64,000 nt of DNA from NCBI GenBank assembly GCA_000934665.2, contig KZ538224.1, forward strand, positions 124,001 through 188,000. The letters are read 5' to 3'. Source of the stretch: Catajapyx aquilonaris (lineage: Eukaryota). Positions 1-13,780 of this stretch are shown here, one piece after another. The notes beneath the pieces are model-generated. The model ran no database searches. It was not told the DNA's origin and worked only from the letters and a program-made list of their open reading frames with translations. Position 1 is the first letter of the stretch. The number at the start of each line of letters is the position of its first letter. The translations under genes and the position numbers were made by a program.

Positions 1-2148
1 TGTCCTCAGCCACGTATCGCATCAAAAGTTTCTCAGACCTTTGCCCACAGAGCATTCAGCGACATGATGGCAATATTTTTTTTTTTTCTGTGTGGCCCCG
101 AATGCTATTCAAATACTAAGGAAAGATTGCTTTTCATATGGCAGCAAACGTTGGAATTAATCCTATTTGAAAGGGGGATTGCGAAATCTTGGGGGCCGCG
201 TAGTTCCGCAACTCCTGCCAAAAGTCGTGATGAAAAGCAACATTTTCCATATCTCAAAAGTACTTAGCGGTAATGTGTGGCAGTGCCATGGCGTGCAAAA
301 TGCCAAATCTTGTTAGGGTCTTGTCGTTTTCGCGAAACACCAGGCATGACCTCAATATTTTCGGGCAAAAATTACAAAATAATTGCGGCAACCTTAGATA
401 TGTTACTCTTCGCACCTTAATTTATTTCGCTGTTTTTATTTATGAGGTGCGGAAATAAAAGGCGAACATTGGCGAGATTTACGATTCGCATTTCCACCAA
501 TAAATAGGCAAAAAAGCGAGTCGCAAAATTGAGCAAACGTCATAATATGCAAGGACGTAAATCATCATTCCACCGTGTCGCAAATGTTACGACTTCGCAG
601 CCAGTTTTTATTTTCTCAGAATGGTAAATATTGCGATATTACTGTACCGACTGTGGGTATTGAGCCCCCAATTTTTTTTTACCTTTAAAAACACCTAACC
701 CCGGGTACATGAACCCATGAGAGCATTCTGATTTCGGGAAGCCTGAGCAGGGTGCAATGAAAAGCGTCTATTTGTGAATCATGTTGTGGTAGTGGTATTT
801 TGTGTTTGTGTTGTATGTGTAGTGACGGGGCTTGGGTTTCGGGCTGCGGAGAGAGGAGTTTGGCGAATAAATTTCCGAAGCGTGGTTTTGCAATCCGTCC
901 AACCCTCCATTACTCCCGGCACCTGATTCAAACCCTTTCACCTCTAGATTGGCGAAAAAAGGGCTTAATGTACATTAACTGTAATTTTGAAAACCAATTA
1001 AATACGCTACTTATGAGCTGCTAACGTATATTCTATAGTAGCAGTCTCTATTTATAGCAACGGGCCAGCATTTCGAAATGAATGAGTTTTGGGAACAATG
1101 TTTCCTAGTGAAGTCGAGGATTCTTCTGCATGCCAATCGCTTTCGCCTTTTGGCTTTTCAATCATTTATGAGCGGAGGAGGGGACCGATGCTTTGCAATT
1201 TGCGGTCATGCATTCGTCATGGGCTTCCCACGCTCCAGATTGCGACATCGGATTTTGTTTAAATATTTCGCATCATCCCGCATCCGTGAGAAATCCGACG
1301 GGGGATGAACAGGGGGGTAACAACGGGACCTGGCTTACATTTTGGGATGCGGTTCGGCTTGGCTTGGTGTTCGCTTCATTTTTTAATGAGGCAGCTCGAT
1401 TTGATAAGTGATTCATCGGAATGGCTTGCAATTCTAGGGAAAGCTTATTTTTTGAAACCTCGCATCACTTTTAAAGTTATTCGATTTTAATGTCGCTTAG
1501 GTTGCCTTTATTTCCCTCATGGAAATCCTAAATTTTATTGGTTCCCATACATGCTACATAGTATATAAGATATTTAAGATTTAATGCTGATATTCCAAGC
1601 AAATATAATGAACTCTGCAAGTGAAATGATACAAAATGTATATTTACTGTAAACTCGAAAAATTGTGTTATTCCAACATCTAATTTGGACCTTTGCGCTC
1701 CCATATTCTGTGTCAGATATTAAATATGCATGAATTTTGTTGAAGTGCTTTACTCTGGGGAAATTTTTACTGCCATTGCGAAATCTTCGTATGAAAGCCA
1801 GGAAAAAACTTTGCAAATGTAGTGTACAGGCGACAAGGGCCGGGTGCATGTAACATTTTAATATGCGACTTTAGTAAAAAAAATTATGATGAATAGTTTG
1901 CTGTACTGTACAAGTCCACTTCTGGCAAAGAAATGAATACAACATTCATGACTTTTGGAATAATTCATCAAATTGCAGCTTAGGCGTACTGCACAGCGTC
2001 TTGAACGCTCGCCAGAACTCTCATGGCTCAAACGTGTTTTCTTATGAATCATATTTTTTTTAAAGCCGCATTGGGCAATGTTGCAGCTCAACAAATAATG
2101 TCTGCAATTCCACTCCCGAAATAAAATATGTAACCGACGCGACGCTTA

Positions 2149-2348
2149 TCTTAAGTAGAATTGGCTAGGCGAACCCTGTCCGCGGTGACGCATCACCAAC
2201 GTGCATGTAGTACTATTTCCACCGAGAGTGGCAGCAGTGTATACAGAGAGGGAGCCTGTGCACCACCTGGTAGTGGTATATTGCACTACGTCCTAGTGGA
2301 TTGCGGGCCGGGCAGTGTTGCCAAGTTTTGGCAACTAGTTTACTCTCG
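2149..2348 (+). mobile_element. non-autonomous Helitron-like element, family H (near full length)
   Basis: 5' end A|TC-TTAAG-TAGAATTGGC; 3' hairpin TTGCCAA-GTT-TTGGCAA (2318-2334); core GAGAGTGGCAGCAGTGT shared with about 11 other copies. Confidence 0.7.
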
Positions 2349-4871
2349 TTATTATTTTTTAAACAGCAATAGAGATCGCCAAAATATTACCGTATACGTT
2401 TCCTTCTCTGCGTTTTCTCCGAAGCCATCAACTAACAGCCTTCAGACCGCAATCGTCCCTTCCAATTAGTTAACCTCGCCAACCTGAAGCTTCAGCAGCC
2501 TAGACACAAAACAATATTTTGCGGTGCAACAGACCGAGTAAGAAGCCCAAAATAAATATAGAGTAGAACTGGTGCAAGGTTCTCCTGACATGCAACCAGC
2601 AGTTCTGCTTATCGGGCGGTGCTTGGTTGCTGCTGGAGGCCTGCGAGGCATCAATTGCCATCAACTGCCAGCAACAACGGGGGAACGACGTAACGATCCT
2701 TTACGTCGCCCAATACTCCGCACTGCACTTTCGCCAAATACTCGAGTGGAAAATCGCTCCCGCATGACTTTTATTGGCCTGAAAGAAACACGGGTCATTA
2801 TTTTCCTTGGCCCGGAGGAGAGGGTCACACACCGGACATTTAATTATAAAATACGGGGGTCCTTCTCGTTTATTGGCCTCGCGGAACGTGATGCGAGCCA
2901 GGTATGCTAAAAACGCTGGGGGATAAAATTAAAAAGTTGATAGGACGTTGAGCCTTTACTTTCTCGCTGCCTCAGTGTGTGCAAACAGTGTGGAGCTTTA
3001 AAATTTTTGCGGAAATTTTGAGAGGGCCAAACTCCTAAACCGGAGGCTTACTGATGGCCGGAGAAAATTAAAGTTAAGCTATGTGGCAGTGTGTGTAAAA
3101 ATTAGCATGTTTCAAGATTGTTTTCACAAGTTAGTAAAAATGCAGTAGAAGTATACGTACGGTACCATAGAAAAATTAATGACCGGTGTATCATCAACAG
3201 TAAAATGTGGGTTGAAAATCGCGAATTTATGGGCAGATTTTTCATCCAGTTCGATCAGCCCGCTTGATTAAATACATTACCTAAATTAACTCAATTATAA
3301 ATTTAAACCTTGATTGGCACAAGGGGAACGTTTCACTCACTGTCAGAAGTAGTCGGCACTGCTTCAAGTTTCAACCGCTCCAGTTGTCCAGAAAACTATT
3401 CGGAATAATTTAGATAGCCCTAGGTTAGGTTCCGAGCCGTTCACACGTCTCTGTGACATTCCTCTAAATAATTAGCAATGCCCAGTAATGTACAATAAAG
3501 CACCCATTTAGTATTTCATGCTCTGCGGCTTTTAGCAAGTGCCTTGAATTGATATCTCCATTATTACTTATTAACTGCCGGATACTGGGGCACTGAATTT
3601 GCGATGTGCGCAAGTAGAATCAAAATTTAATGGCCATGATATTTATATTTTAAAACTAGTTTAATTTGCAATGGACCATTGCGTCCTGTAATAATTATGT
3701 GGAATGACGATGTGGTTGACCACCAGACCAGGTGAGAAAAACGTGTCAAAAATGTCATAATTTTGTTATTTATATCATTAACCAGTGTGTGTACATTAGT
3801 TACTGAAATTTAAATATTTCCCTTTCGGGTGTAAAGTTGGCTTAAAATAACAGATAAAAATACCAAATAATTATACATTTTTCACACGTGTCGCCCGAAT
3901 CACCATTACAGTGACTAGTTTTTATTAAAACTAGAATTTGCACATTTTTATCGGGCCATAAATTTCTGGTTATGTAATTTTAAAACACTCTGCACACGCC
4001 GGAAATATGCAGCATTTTCACTACATCTGCAAGAACCTACCATAAAAACGCGGGTTAAACAGACCATGCACATATTTACCTTGTACATTCAATCATCCAG
4101 ATAACTGCAGGATACGTGAAACTGACTTTTTTTTCACAATCGTGCACATACATAATTTTTTTTTTGCTGTTAAAACAATGTGACCCACATATTCCGGAGG
4201 GGGTCTGGCAGTTGGAAATGTTATTTTTGCATCCGGAGTGAATGCCTGAAGGGAAGGTCAATCGAAAAATGGAAACCGGAGCAGACCCTCCCGATTTTGC
4301 CCAGGAAAAGTGAAAATTGCAGGTACATGCTTTGCAATATAAGACCACCTTTTGTATGTGGTTGGTGCAAATATTTCTGAGCGAAAATTCCATCCTGGCA
4401 AAACCAACACTGCCATCAGCCGCCTCGACGTTTCCGACCTCTAATGTCTGGTCATTGACGGCGATTTGACGCTCCGGATTTGGTATCAGGGGGAAAAAGA
4501 GGAAAGAGGACCCATCAGGAGTTTGGATGGAGGAGAAGAAAAAAAATAACATCGATCCTCCCCAGTCCTGAAAAGTGCGGTCGATCCTGTGTGTACGGAG
4601 GTATCAAGTCAAGTGGGTCGAACTACCCTCGAAGAATGGACGTTTAGTCCCCCAGCTAATGGCGTCTTTTGTTTGCAAGCTCAGGTAGAGTGTAGGCTGG
4701 GGGTATCCTACACCTTCCACAACGACACGGCTCTCCGACCCTGCCTAATGCATTGGAAGTGACGCCATTAGCGACTATTTTCAGCGCGGGTAGGAGGAAA
4801 ATGGCTGTGAGGGCGACGTGTGTCTGGCCTGGAGCAAATGGAGATGCCGAAGGATTTTTTTTAAAAAAAGT

Positions 4872-4976
4872 TGTTTGTTTGTCCGAGCTGATAGTACCGC
4901 CAACACTCGCACGACCTGAGATGGCAGTAGTGTGCAGAGAGGGAGGATGCGCCATCTATGAGCGAAAAGTACGGTA
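4872..4976 (+). mobile_element. family H internal fragment
   Basis: TAGTACC...CTCGCACGACCTGAGATGGCAGTAGTGTGCAGAGAGGGAGGATGCGCCATCTATG matches the family core. Confidence 0.75.
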
Positions 4977-7150
4977 GGTACTAACTGTACAAGTATAAAA
5001 ATGCTGTGATTATGCTGCCTTTTTGCACTGTTTAATCAAATTACGCTTGCAGTCATTTGAATTAATATTTTTATGTAGTGTGTTCTAATGGAAGCCCCCA
5101 AAGCGGCGCAAAAACTAGAAAAATAAAATTAGGGCCCATATTGGAAATGCAAGTACTGCGCCGTATTTACATAACATTATTACCTTTTTTTTCCCCCGCA
5201 GCAAAAAGCTTCATCGCGATTCGGGTACTGGATGCCTAGAGGTGTGTCCTTCGATAAAAAAAAATACTGTCATAATATTGAAATATTCGTGCAGTACAAC
5301 TACTGTTTACTCCACACGCTATAATACGAATTAAAATAATTTTTGACATCAGTCAATTTTAGCTGCTTCACTATCACATGGCAGTTTATGAAGAAAAAAA
5401 TGCCAGTCACATATGCGCTGTAAAATATTTACCAAAAAAATGGCATTTCCTGTCACGCGCTGATAAATAAATTGTAAAAAGGCCAAAAACCGCACACATG
5501 CAAAGGTCTTTCGTCCTTTTCCCCCCTCCCTCTTTTGGTGTCCGGTCAAGTAAAAGTAACGTCGAGCATTGCTGAAGCCTTGTTATTTGCTTAGCTGTTG
5601 GGTCGGAAGAGTCAACTGTATTTTCACGAGAACCTACTACGCCCCTCAAAAAGTTCTCCCTTGAATCCTTCATGTGCGTGCGGGCTTCACTTTTGTGAGA
5701 GAGAAAGAGAGTTCTAGCTTGATTTTGTGAAATGAACTTCAGAAAATGAACTTGCCCATTTCAGCTTAATGTAATTAGTTGTCCTGAAAACCATTTTTTT
5801 TGGAGGGGAACAAATAAAGATCCTTACGTAATTCGAAGGCTGTAGCGAGTGCTGCCAATGCCAGGCCTAGGACCGGGATCACTGGACTGGCAGAGACCCA
5901 AACGTGTCCGACCCCTCCCATGATTCCTTGCAGCTGGAACGGGCGGGGTCACGACCGATCCTGTCACCTCCAGATTCCTGCCGAGGAGAAATAATCACAG
6001 TTGATCACTTTTGGAAAGGAAAAGAATGAAAGAGAAAGAGAGCGGCAGGGGGAAAAAAGAACACAAAAATTTGAGACATTTTTCACATTTTTGATGCAAT
6101 ATCATCTGGGCACATGCAAATCCTGAAATTGCACAGTCGGTTTCATTGCGAAATAATACACACAAACAGGCGGGCCTTGAGAGACTCAGGCCTCACCAGG
6201 ACGTAACTCCTCATTACCGGGCCTGACGCAGTAAATGTTTTCATTACAGACACGAAACTGCACGGTGTTTATCTGCAGGTGAAGCAAATTAGGCAACTTA
6301 CACGGCTATTACCTGGATCCATAATGCTGCAACTGCGCCAAAATTTGTTGTTAACGCTAATCTTGATAACGAGAATGGAAAACAAGTGTGGCTGAAACAC
6401 TAGCTGACACAAATTATATTTTTTTGTGTGTGTGTCTCTTTCCATTTCCGGAGGCTTGCAGCTTTTAATTAATCCTAATTGACGGCTTCGTCCAATAGGC
6501 TAATGGTAAACACTTGTACCAAGTCAGCAGAGCGTGACCAAAGGACAGGGCATAAATTGGCAGCGGTTGAACGTACATTGCGGGCAACGATTTTTGCACA
6601 CTTTTTTCTCTCTCTCGCTGTAGAGATTCTTTATCCTTTCGTTCTTTTTTGGGGGGAGGAAAACGAAGCTAATCTCGCATTCATGGTGTCTGCCACAGAA
6701 ACTTCTCAATCACCTCCCAAGATGTCGAACTTTGGGCCAAGAAAAGGAAAGTCCGGAGAGGGTCTGGTCTGGAGGGAGAAAATGGAGAGAGTCGAGTTTT
6801 TTGGAGAGGGGTTCAGCACATTGCTCCAGTTTCCGGCTCTATTTCCGGACACAAAAAAAAGAGAGAAGGCGAATCGTTTATAACTGTTGCAGATTCGATC
6901 TTTTTCTCACTGCATCTCCATGGGCGATGCGATGGGGCGGATTGCATTACTAGGAGCATCCCACGCCTTAGATATACGTACACAGAGAAGGAAAAAAAAA
7001 GGAGCAAAACTTTTCTGATGCTGATGCGACTTTGACTGCAGTTGGGAAATCCTGCCAACAGAAATTGGACGCAAAAACTCAACAAACTGTTCGAGAATTT
7101 ATTTGAGGCTAAGGGCCCAATATATGGCGTAAAATTATGTAATGATTTTC

Positions 7151-7555
7151 TTTTTAAATACCTTTTCTCCTCAAAGGAAATCTTATAGAGCTGCTCCATG
7201 TCAGTCCGTCTTTTCATCCGTTGACTGGTATCAGGGCCTAAACCGCAAGAGATAGCGACAAATGGTTTTTGGATTCGGATTCCGCATGACCCAAATAGGT
7301 TTCATGGTCAACTTTCGGTGACCTGCCACTTCCGGTTTTCCTAATCCACGCTATCCGCCAAGGTCAAATCTAGGGGCGGATGACCTTGGATTTCTTCGCA
7401 ACGAGAAATGAGATCGACAACATTCTTTGCAATTGTTGTAGAATCACGTCGTATCGTATCATATTCAACTTAGTTGTCACATTTCTAGCTGCACAATTAG
7501 AAAAGAGTCCACTCGAATCACTCTCGCGTGATTTGCTAATCTTGTTACTTTTTTG
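7151..7555 (+). mobile_element. DINE-1/HINE-like (Helentron-associated) non-autonomous element, family D
   Basis: Homologous to 32285-32582 and 37405-37980 (GATAGCGACAAA.GGTTTT.GGATTCGGATTC; CCAAGGTCAA.TCTA; ACTCGAATC..CGCGTGATT 3' hairpin); T-rich ends. Confidence 0.65.
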
Positions 7556-10500
7556 GGATACAATTGGCCTTAATATGTTAGTTGAATATTGGTGTAATTA
7601 GGCGCGTATTTGCACAGTAACTCTGCTGGTTGAGCAATCAGTGCCCTTTGCATACTTTTAAAGCCTAAAGTTTCCTGCAACCCAAAGCAACTCGAGTTGT
7701 CGCAAGACCTGACGCGGCCGGAACCGTGTTTAGTTGCAGCTTAGTCAAGGAGCGTAAATTGAGCGGAAACTCCTGTGCAAACCCTCCTAAGTCATCACCG
7801 TTCTCTTGATGTCTTCCCCTCCCCCCCAGCAGCACTGCCTTAAGCCCGCATTTGACTGCTACGTTTAATCTCCTTGGAGGAATCTTGACCCGAGCGGTAT
7901 GCAATAGCAAGCGAGGGTAAGATCGATCCCTTTAACCGCATCCAATTTGTGAAGAGAAGACTAATTAGAGACTGGAAGGAGGGGAAGGCCCGGAGGTCCT
8001 TTAAGGAAGCGGTCAACTGACCTACTTTGGCAATTTCCTGATTGTTTAATTAATGCTGTTTGAAATCCGCCAAAAATTTCTAGTGCAAGTGCTAGGAATT
8101 TAGCATTTCCAACGTTGGCGGAAAAGCGAGGGTTAATTTTTGTGCCGCTTTGAAGCATTTCAGTTCATTTCCGCCCGTTTCAATTCGACGTGAACAGTCG
8201 ACTTGCTTCGGTCAATAAGGTTTGGAGAAAGCGAGTAGTTTCCATGCGGTCCGTGTTCTCCTAACGTCGATACTTATCATTAGCTCGAGAAAATTTGCCT
8301 GGTAATTTTCCGTTGTCATTCCTTGACGCGATGGAAATAAAGTTAGCTCCGTCGCCTTCCTTGCATACCAGTCTCTTCGCATAAAAAAAGACCTTCGAGA
8401 GAATGCGGTGCTCCTGATGATATTGCAAATCTTTGTGCGTATGTTCCGCCGGTTAAATTACTACAGCTTCTCTCGGAAATGTTGTAATAAAGCCATTGAG
8501 TAGGTGGGAAAAAAATATCTCTTTCGAAATCTAAGAGATGTTCCCCCCACCCAAAATGCGAGTTGGGTATGAACCTCTCGCTGAAGAGAAGAAAAGGCTC
8601 GCCAAGTATTCGCATAAATCTCACTCCTATGCGAGGACTGCCTTAGGTATCGACAAGGCGCGAGAGGGTGATATTAGCCCTTTTGGCTTATCGATTACAA
8701 CTTGCTCCGGCGAGAAGTATGCATGCAAAATAAGTGTTCTTAGGTCTCTGGCCCCATTTTTTTATTTAAAAAAGCCGCGAAGAAATTCCCCTGCAGAAAA
8801 GTGCTGCTCTTAATTGTTATAGCAGCGTCCTTTTGTTTGCACATTTTGACCTAACATTTTCCAAGCTGCATCAAGCAGTGTTATATTCGCTGAGAAACCG
8901 AGCAAATATGATAAAAGCGGGCAAATGTTCGCAGTTAAAATTTTGGGGAATAAATAATCAAATTTTGCTGCTAAGTTGCCAATTCCAGCCATGATTTATA
9001 ATGGTAGCTAAACCGCGATTGACTGATGTGGTTTATGCGGCTGGCACAGATGCACTTTTCGACTGTAAAATATCAATAACAATTGCAATTTTATTCGCCC
9101 TGAATTGCGCAAATCCGAGCAGAAATGGCGACACGTATAATAATTTCACCTAACATAATCCCATTTGCGTCAGAGCTTTATGCACAAAGGTTTTACACCT
9201 TTGGAATATAATACTGTGCAAATGAGATTCGCTAATATTTTGCGAGGCTTTTCGTATATTTCACGAGTGAACTAGTGAGGGAGAGAGAGAGAGAGAATCT
9301 CCAATTCTGTAAGTTGACTCTTTTTCTCTTTGCAGTTGGAGCCTTCCTTCATTGATTTCACGGCTTCGAGAAGACTTTTGAAGGGCGATAGGACCTAACG
9401 GTGAGAGTCTCCCAAAGTTTTTACCTTTTAGTCATTTTTCATCCCCCTCTCCCAACATTGCTTTCAAAGCCCCATTCACTTTCGAGCCATTAACTTATGC
9501 ATCAGGAATCCTCCAACCTTTGGGGGCCAATAACAGGACCTTTTGTTAGCCATCGGTGATGAATGCTACGGTGACGATTTCTGGGGCACATGCAAATTCA
9601 TGTGTTGAAAATATGTGCGTCTGCAAATTACACTGATTTTAGCACTTTTAGAAACACAGTGTGTTCATAGAAAACAGGAAATATTAGCAAATTATAGTTC
9701 GCATCGAGCCTAGCACTGGGGGCCAGGGAAATAATTAATTAGATATTGTGGTCATTCCATTCCCCGCACCTGATGAGTCACATCGCGGGCTACAATTTGG
9801 GCCCCAGGAATAATAGCCTTTCATCGTCAACAAGGAAGGACAAAAAGGAGAGCTCCCCAGCATTATCATGCAAAACATTTTCGCGTGATGGAAAAGCCCT
9901 GAACTCGGAAGTTTGGCCAGGACCAGAGATAGCCTTGTTTTATATATAAAAAAAGGAAGCCCTCCCTGTTTTATCCGCGGTTATCAAATCCCGGGATTCC
10001 CCTTGTTTTTGGTGTGTGTTCGGAGCTTCCCGGAATTTGCATGGAAACGGAATGATGAGAGAGACGGGCTCTTGAATGGGCAACCCTTGAGGCCCTATAC
10101 TGCTGACTTGGGGGAAAGGGGCCACACACGTGCTCACTTCCCACGTCGACTACTCATTTTCGCTATCCCCCCCCNCCCCCAAAAAAAAATACCCATGCCC
10201 TTTTGGCTATACATACAGCACAAGAGTCCGGGAAAATGACAAAACCCTGGAGCCATCCAACGACCATTTTAATCTATTCCTTTCCACGTACCATGTATGG
10301 TAGTTGCCTCTACACACTTCCTAGGGTTTTTGCACTGTGTTATCTGACAGCCTGCAAATTACGAGGGCGGCTGCTACACTTGGACGCACTTAGCGCCTTC
10401 ATAAATTCAACCGCGCGTGGTTAAGGAAGTATCCGGAGGAAAAAGCACGATTTCGTGTTTCGAATTTGGTGTGCCTGAGTTCAGAGCGGTTCAAACTCTC

Positions 10501-11474
10501 TTTTTTTGGCAGTCTGGAAGAGATGTGGTTTTGTGACTGAACGACTTTTTGGGGAAGCATGCGGGTGACACTTGTAACGGCTACAGCAAACACTTGTATT
10601 TTTTTGTCCTTTGCCTGTTTCTTTGTACTTGTCAATGAAGTTTGCGGACATTTTCTTCCCGGGCCAAGATTTTCCGGCATTTTGCAGAGATGTAATTATC
10701 ACGACTCCAAGCTCAGGTACAGGGAAATGGCTCCATTGAGAGCCTCTCTCCTTGCCTTACCTTCACGGAGTGGAAGTGTGCACAATTCTGAATTGAATCG
10801 TAAATAATAGAGAAGAGAAGTATGTGCTCTACCTCAACCCTCTCTGCCTCGGAAAAGGTCGAAACACTTGGAATTTCGGAAGGCATAAAGGCCACCAGGC
10901 CTATGCATTATTGCCTCTCTGCCAATCTAGCCGGCTAATTGTCATCAGAAATTAATGACCAGCCCTCTCTCTTTCTTGAATACGCGGAATTATGAAGAAG
11001 CGTGGAGGCTTTTTTTTGATGGGGGAGAGTCTTGACACGAATTGGTCTTGTTTATCGGATTGTTAATGGAGCACGTAGCATGCGGTCCAGAGATAGAGTT
11101 GGGTTGAACCGAGGAAGGGCTGGAAGGAAGGAAAAGGATGCGATACTATATAACCAAAATGGCCAGAACCCCTGGCCTCTCTCAAGCCACTCTCCATAAT
11201 GGAATTGTGCGAATGCCCCGGAGGGAAATTCGTAAACATCATTTGAGACGAGGGGGCCCGCCTAAATTGCCTTCACGCACCTGCACTTCTTTGCTGCACG
11301 AATTCAATCGACACTCTAGCACACAAACATTTCAGTTGCTTTCATGTGATTTAGGGAATCCTGAAGTACCGGTACTATCTATATGTACGTACCTCTCTAG
11401 ACTGCAATTGAATAACTGTGCAATTGCCCCCCAATATCGCTAATCTCACAAAATATTATAATGTAGAAACAATG

Positions 11475-11564
11475 GGTGGAATTTTCGTTCACTGCTAGTT
11501 ACTGCTAACTTAGCAGTACCAATGTTCGCAATGGTACTGCTAGCAGTGGGACAAAAACTTCACC
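11475..11564. repeat. 90-bp fold-back element flanked by direct repeats
   Basis: Arms GGTGGAATTTTCGTTCACTGCTAG / CTAGCAGTGGGACAAAAACTTCACC; inner stem TAGCAGTACCA/TGGTACTGCTA; ATGTAGAAACAAT at 11461-11473 and 11570-11582. Confidence 0.7.
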
Positions 11565-12832
11565 AAAATATGTAGAAACAATCCATCAGTGTGCCGAGTT
11601 TCAGGACTCTCAGTAGTCCGAAAGTGGGTCAGGTAGCCCTGACATACAGACAAACTTTCTTCTTTATCATGTAACTGCAATATATCGGAACATTTTTTCA
11701 GAATATTAGTCTGAAAATTTTGCAGTGATTGGCTTTAAAATTAATCACTGTTACGGTACAGTACCACCCATTTTTATGGCTGCTGGATTTTAATTCACAC
11801 TGCTGGAAGACAATGCCCTCGAGAAACCTTCAAAATCCGGCCGCCTATTTTTGCAAATCCCCACGTAGCCTTAATCCCTCTCGGTTGAAAAGTTGACGTG
11901 TCACGAGGCCCACACAACTGCAAACTAACATCACACAAAAGTTCGGTTTGCACTAAATAAAACAATCGGAAGCACGAGAAGGCGACCTAGCCCCGGCTGA
12001 TTGTGTCATTTCTTACGCGCTTTAATCCATCAACATGATTGACCGTTTTCATTGAAATGCGGATGCTCTCATGATTTGCTAGCCCCTTTGCAAACAGGGT
12101 TTTCATGCTCTACAAATGAGGTTAGGGTCGGTTCTGTATAACAACACAAAAAATATATAGTTTACCCCCGCCGTGACCAAGGCTCTCATAAAAGCAAACT
12201 ATGGGGGGGCTGCAAAACAAAAGCACTTGGGAAACTAAAGTTTCGCTTGTGGGTTAAATATCCGGGCGAGTTATGCAAGGAAACATATCGATCCTTTTCT
12301 CAAGAAAGGCGGGAGGTTTTCTTCTCTAGGATGCAAGGGAGATATCGCAAAGTCTGAGGATATCGCCTAGGAGTTGCTGACACATGGCCGCAGTGTGCCA
12401 GGGTTAAAGGCTGGAGGAGTAGGGAGGGGTTAGCTACCGTTTCCTTTTCCAGAGGACGTGAATTGGATGCGAGGAGGAATTTACGAGCCATGTTTTGCCG
12501 ATGAAGTGTTGGGATAGGTCGTTCTAGCCGCTTCCATAAATAGGGAAAGTAAACTTCTTCTTTTTTGGGGGGGCGAGGAGGCAAGATCGAGGAAGTTGCT
12601 GGAAGGTATAGAGGAATGGAAATGACGTATCCATTCGGAGGAAGATTCGAGCGAAGTGTGGACGGAAATTGGTTTTCCAGATTTGCAAACTTTGAAGGAA
12701 ATTCGTGGCGAAAAACTTGATCAAAATCGGACCACTTTTTTGGCGTTTTTTGGAGGAAGTGCAGGCCGTTCGTCCACTGCCAGGAGCGAGATCAAGATGA
12801 CCTGTATAGTAGTGGGAATGAGTAAGGCAGCA

Positions 12833-12990
12833 GCTGACCTGAAGCTCAAATTACCCTCCCAGAGAGCCCCTCCGTATGACCACCTTCACTTGATCATAAA
12901 TCGGGACACCTGAAGCTCACTAATTTGTAGGCCTAAGTGAAGGTGCCGGAGGGCCTCTCTTGGAGGCTAATTTGAACTTCATGTTTCAGC
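12833..12990. repeat. imperfect long inverted repeat (about 57-nt arms, about 43-nt spacer)
   Basis: TGAAGCTCAAATTACCCTCCCAGAGAGCCCCTCCG...CACCTTCACTT pairs with AAGTGAAGGTG.CGGAGGGCCTCTCTTGGAGGCTAATTTGAACTTCA. Confidence 0.8.
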
Positions 12991-13683
12991 GACTGTTGCT
13001 GTCATGACCAACCAATCAACTATATGTACCATCACATCTGGTAACAACAACAAAAAAACCCTTCCCCGTTTTTTTGGAGAGAGGAGAGGAAAATGAATCT
13101 GTAGGAGTAGCAGCATGAGCGCCTTGATTCATTGCGCAGTGCAGTCATCATTTGTCACAGATCTCTCATAAATCAGAGACCCGGATTGTCATTCCCCAGC
13201 AGTTCACAGCCGCAGCAGCTGCGGAAGGGACGTTTTATTTACTCGCGGGCCGCAGCTGGCATCGCAACATCATCCGCCGGACTAGTAATAAATAGATATT
13301 TGTCTCCTCCCCCTCCAGTGATTCAATCAGGAGGCCCTGCGGTTGCCATGCCTTTCTCGCGTCTCTCTCTCCCGTCACATAACATACATATAGACTACCC
13401 GATGGGGGAGAGTTGTGCTGGCCGCGGATCCGATTGTTGTTATTATAGCTGGTGGGGGTTTGTCGTTATCATCCCTGGGCTCCAGCACGTCACGAGAGCC
13501 AAGCTTAATTCCAGGGCTCGAAACGAGGACATTCCTCCCACGGTTTGTCTGCTGCATTCGGAATCAATGTGCTGACACCGATGTGGAAGCAGAGAAACGT
13601 TATGACTTCGGGGCCGGCTGCACCAGAGCTGATATATACCATTTAGCTCATTTTGAAAGCAGTTATTGCAAGCAAAATATCAA

Positions 13684-13780
13684 TCTGTCCGCGGTGAGTC
13701 ATCAGCTAGATGCCTGTAGTACCACTTTCCTCCGCATGATCCTGAGAGTGGCAGTAGTGTGAAGTAAGCGCCATCTATGC
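13684..13780 (+). mobile_element. family H fragment
   Basis: CTGTCCGCGGTGA...TGTAGTACCAC...CCTGAGAGTGGCAGTAGTGT...GCGCCATCTATG. Confidence 0.75.

Noticed and set aside
1225..1292. Two Su(H)/CSL sites (TTCCCACG, CGTGAGAA)
   Set aside because: Orientation and spacing do not fit the paired-site architecture; single 8-mers occur by chance.
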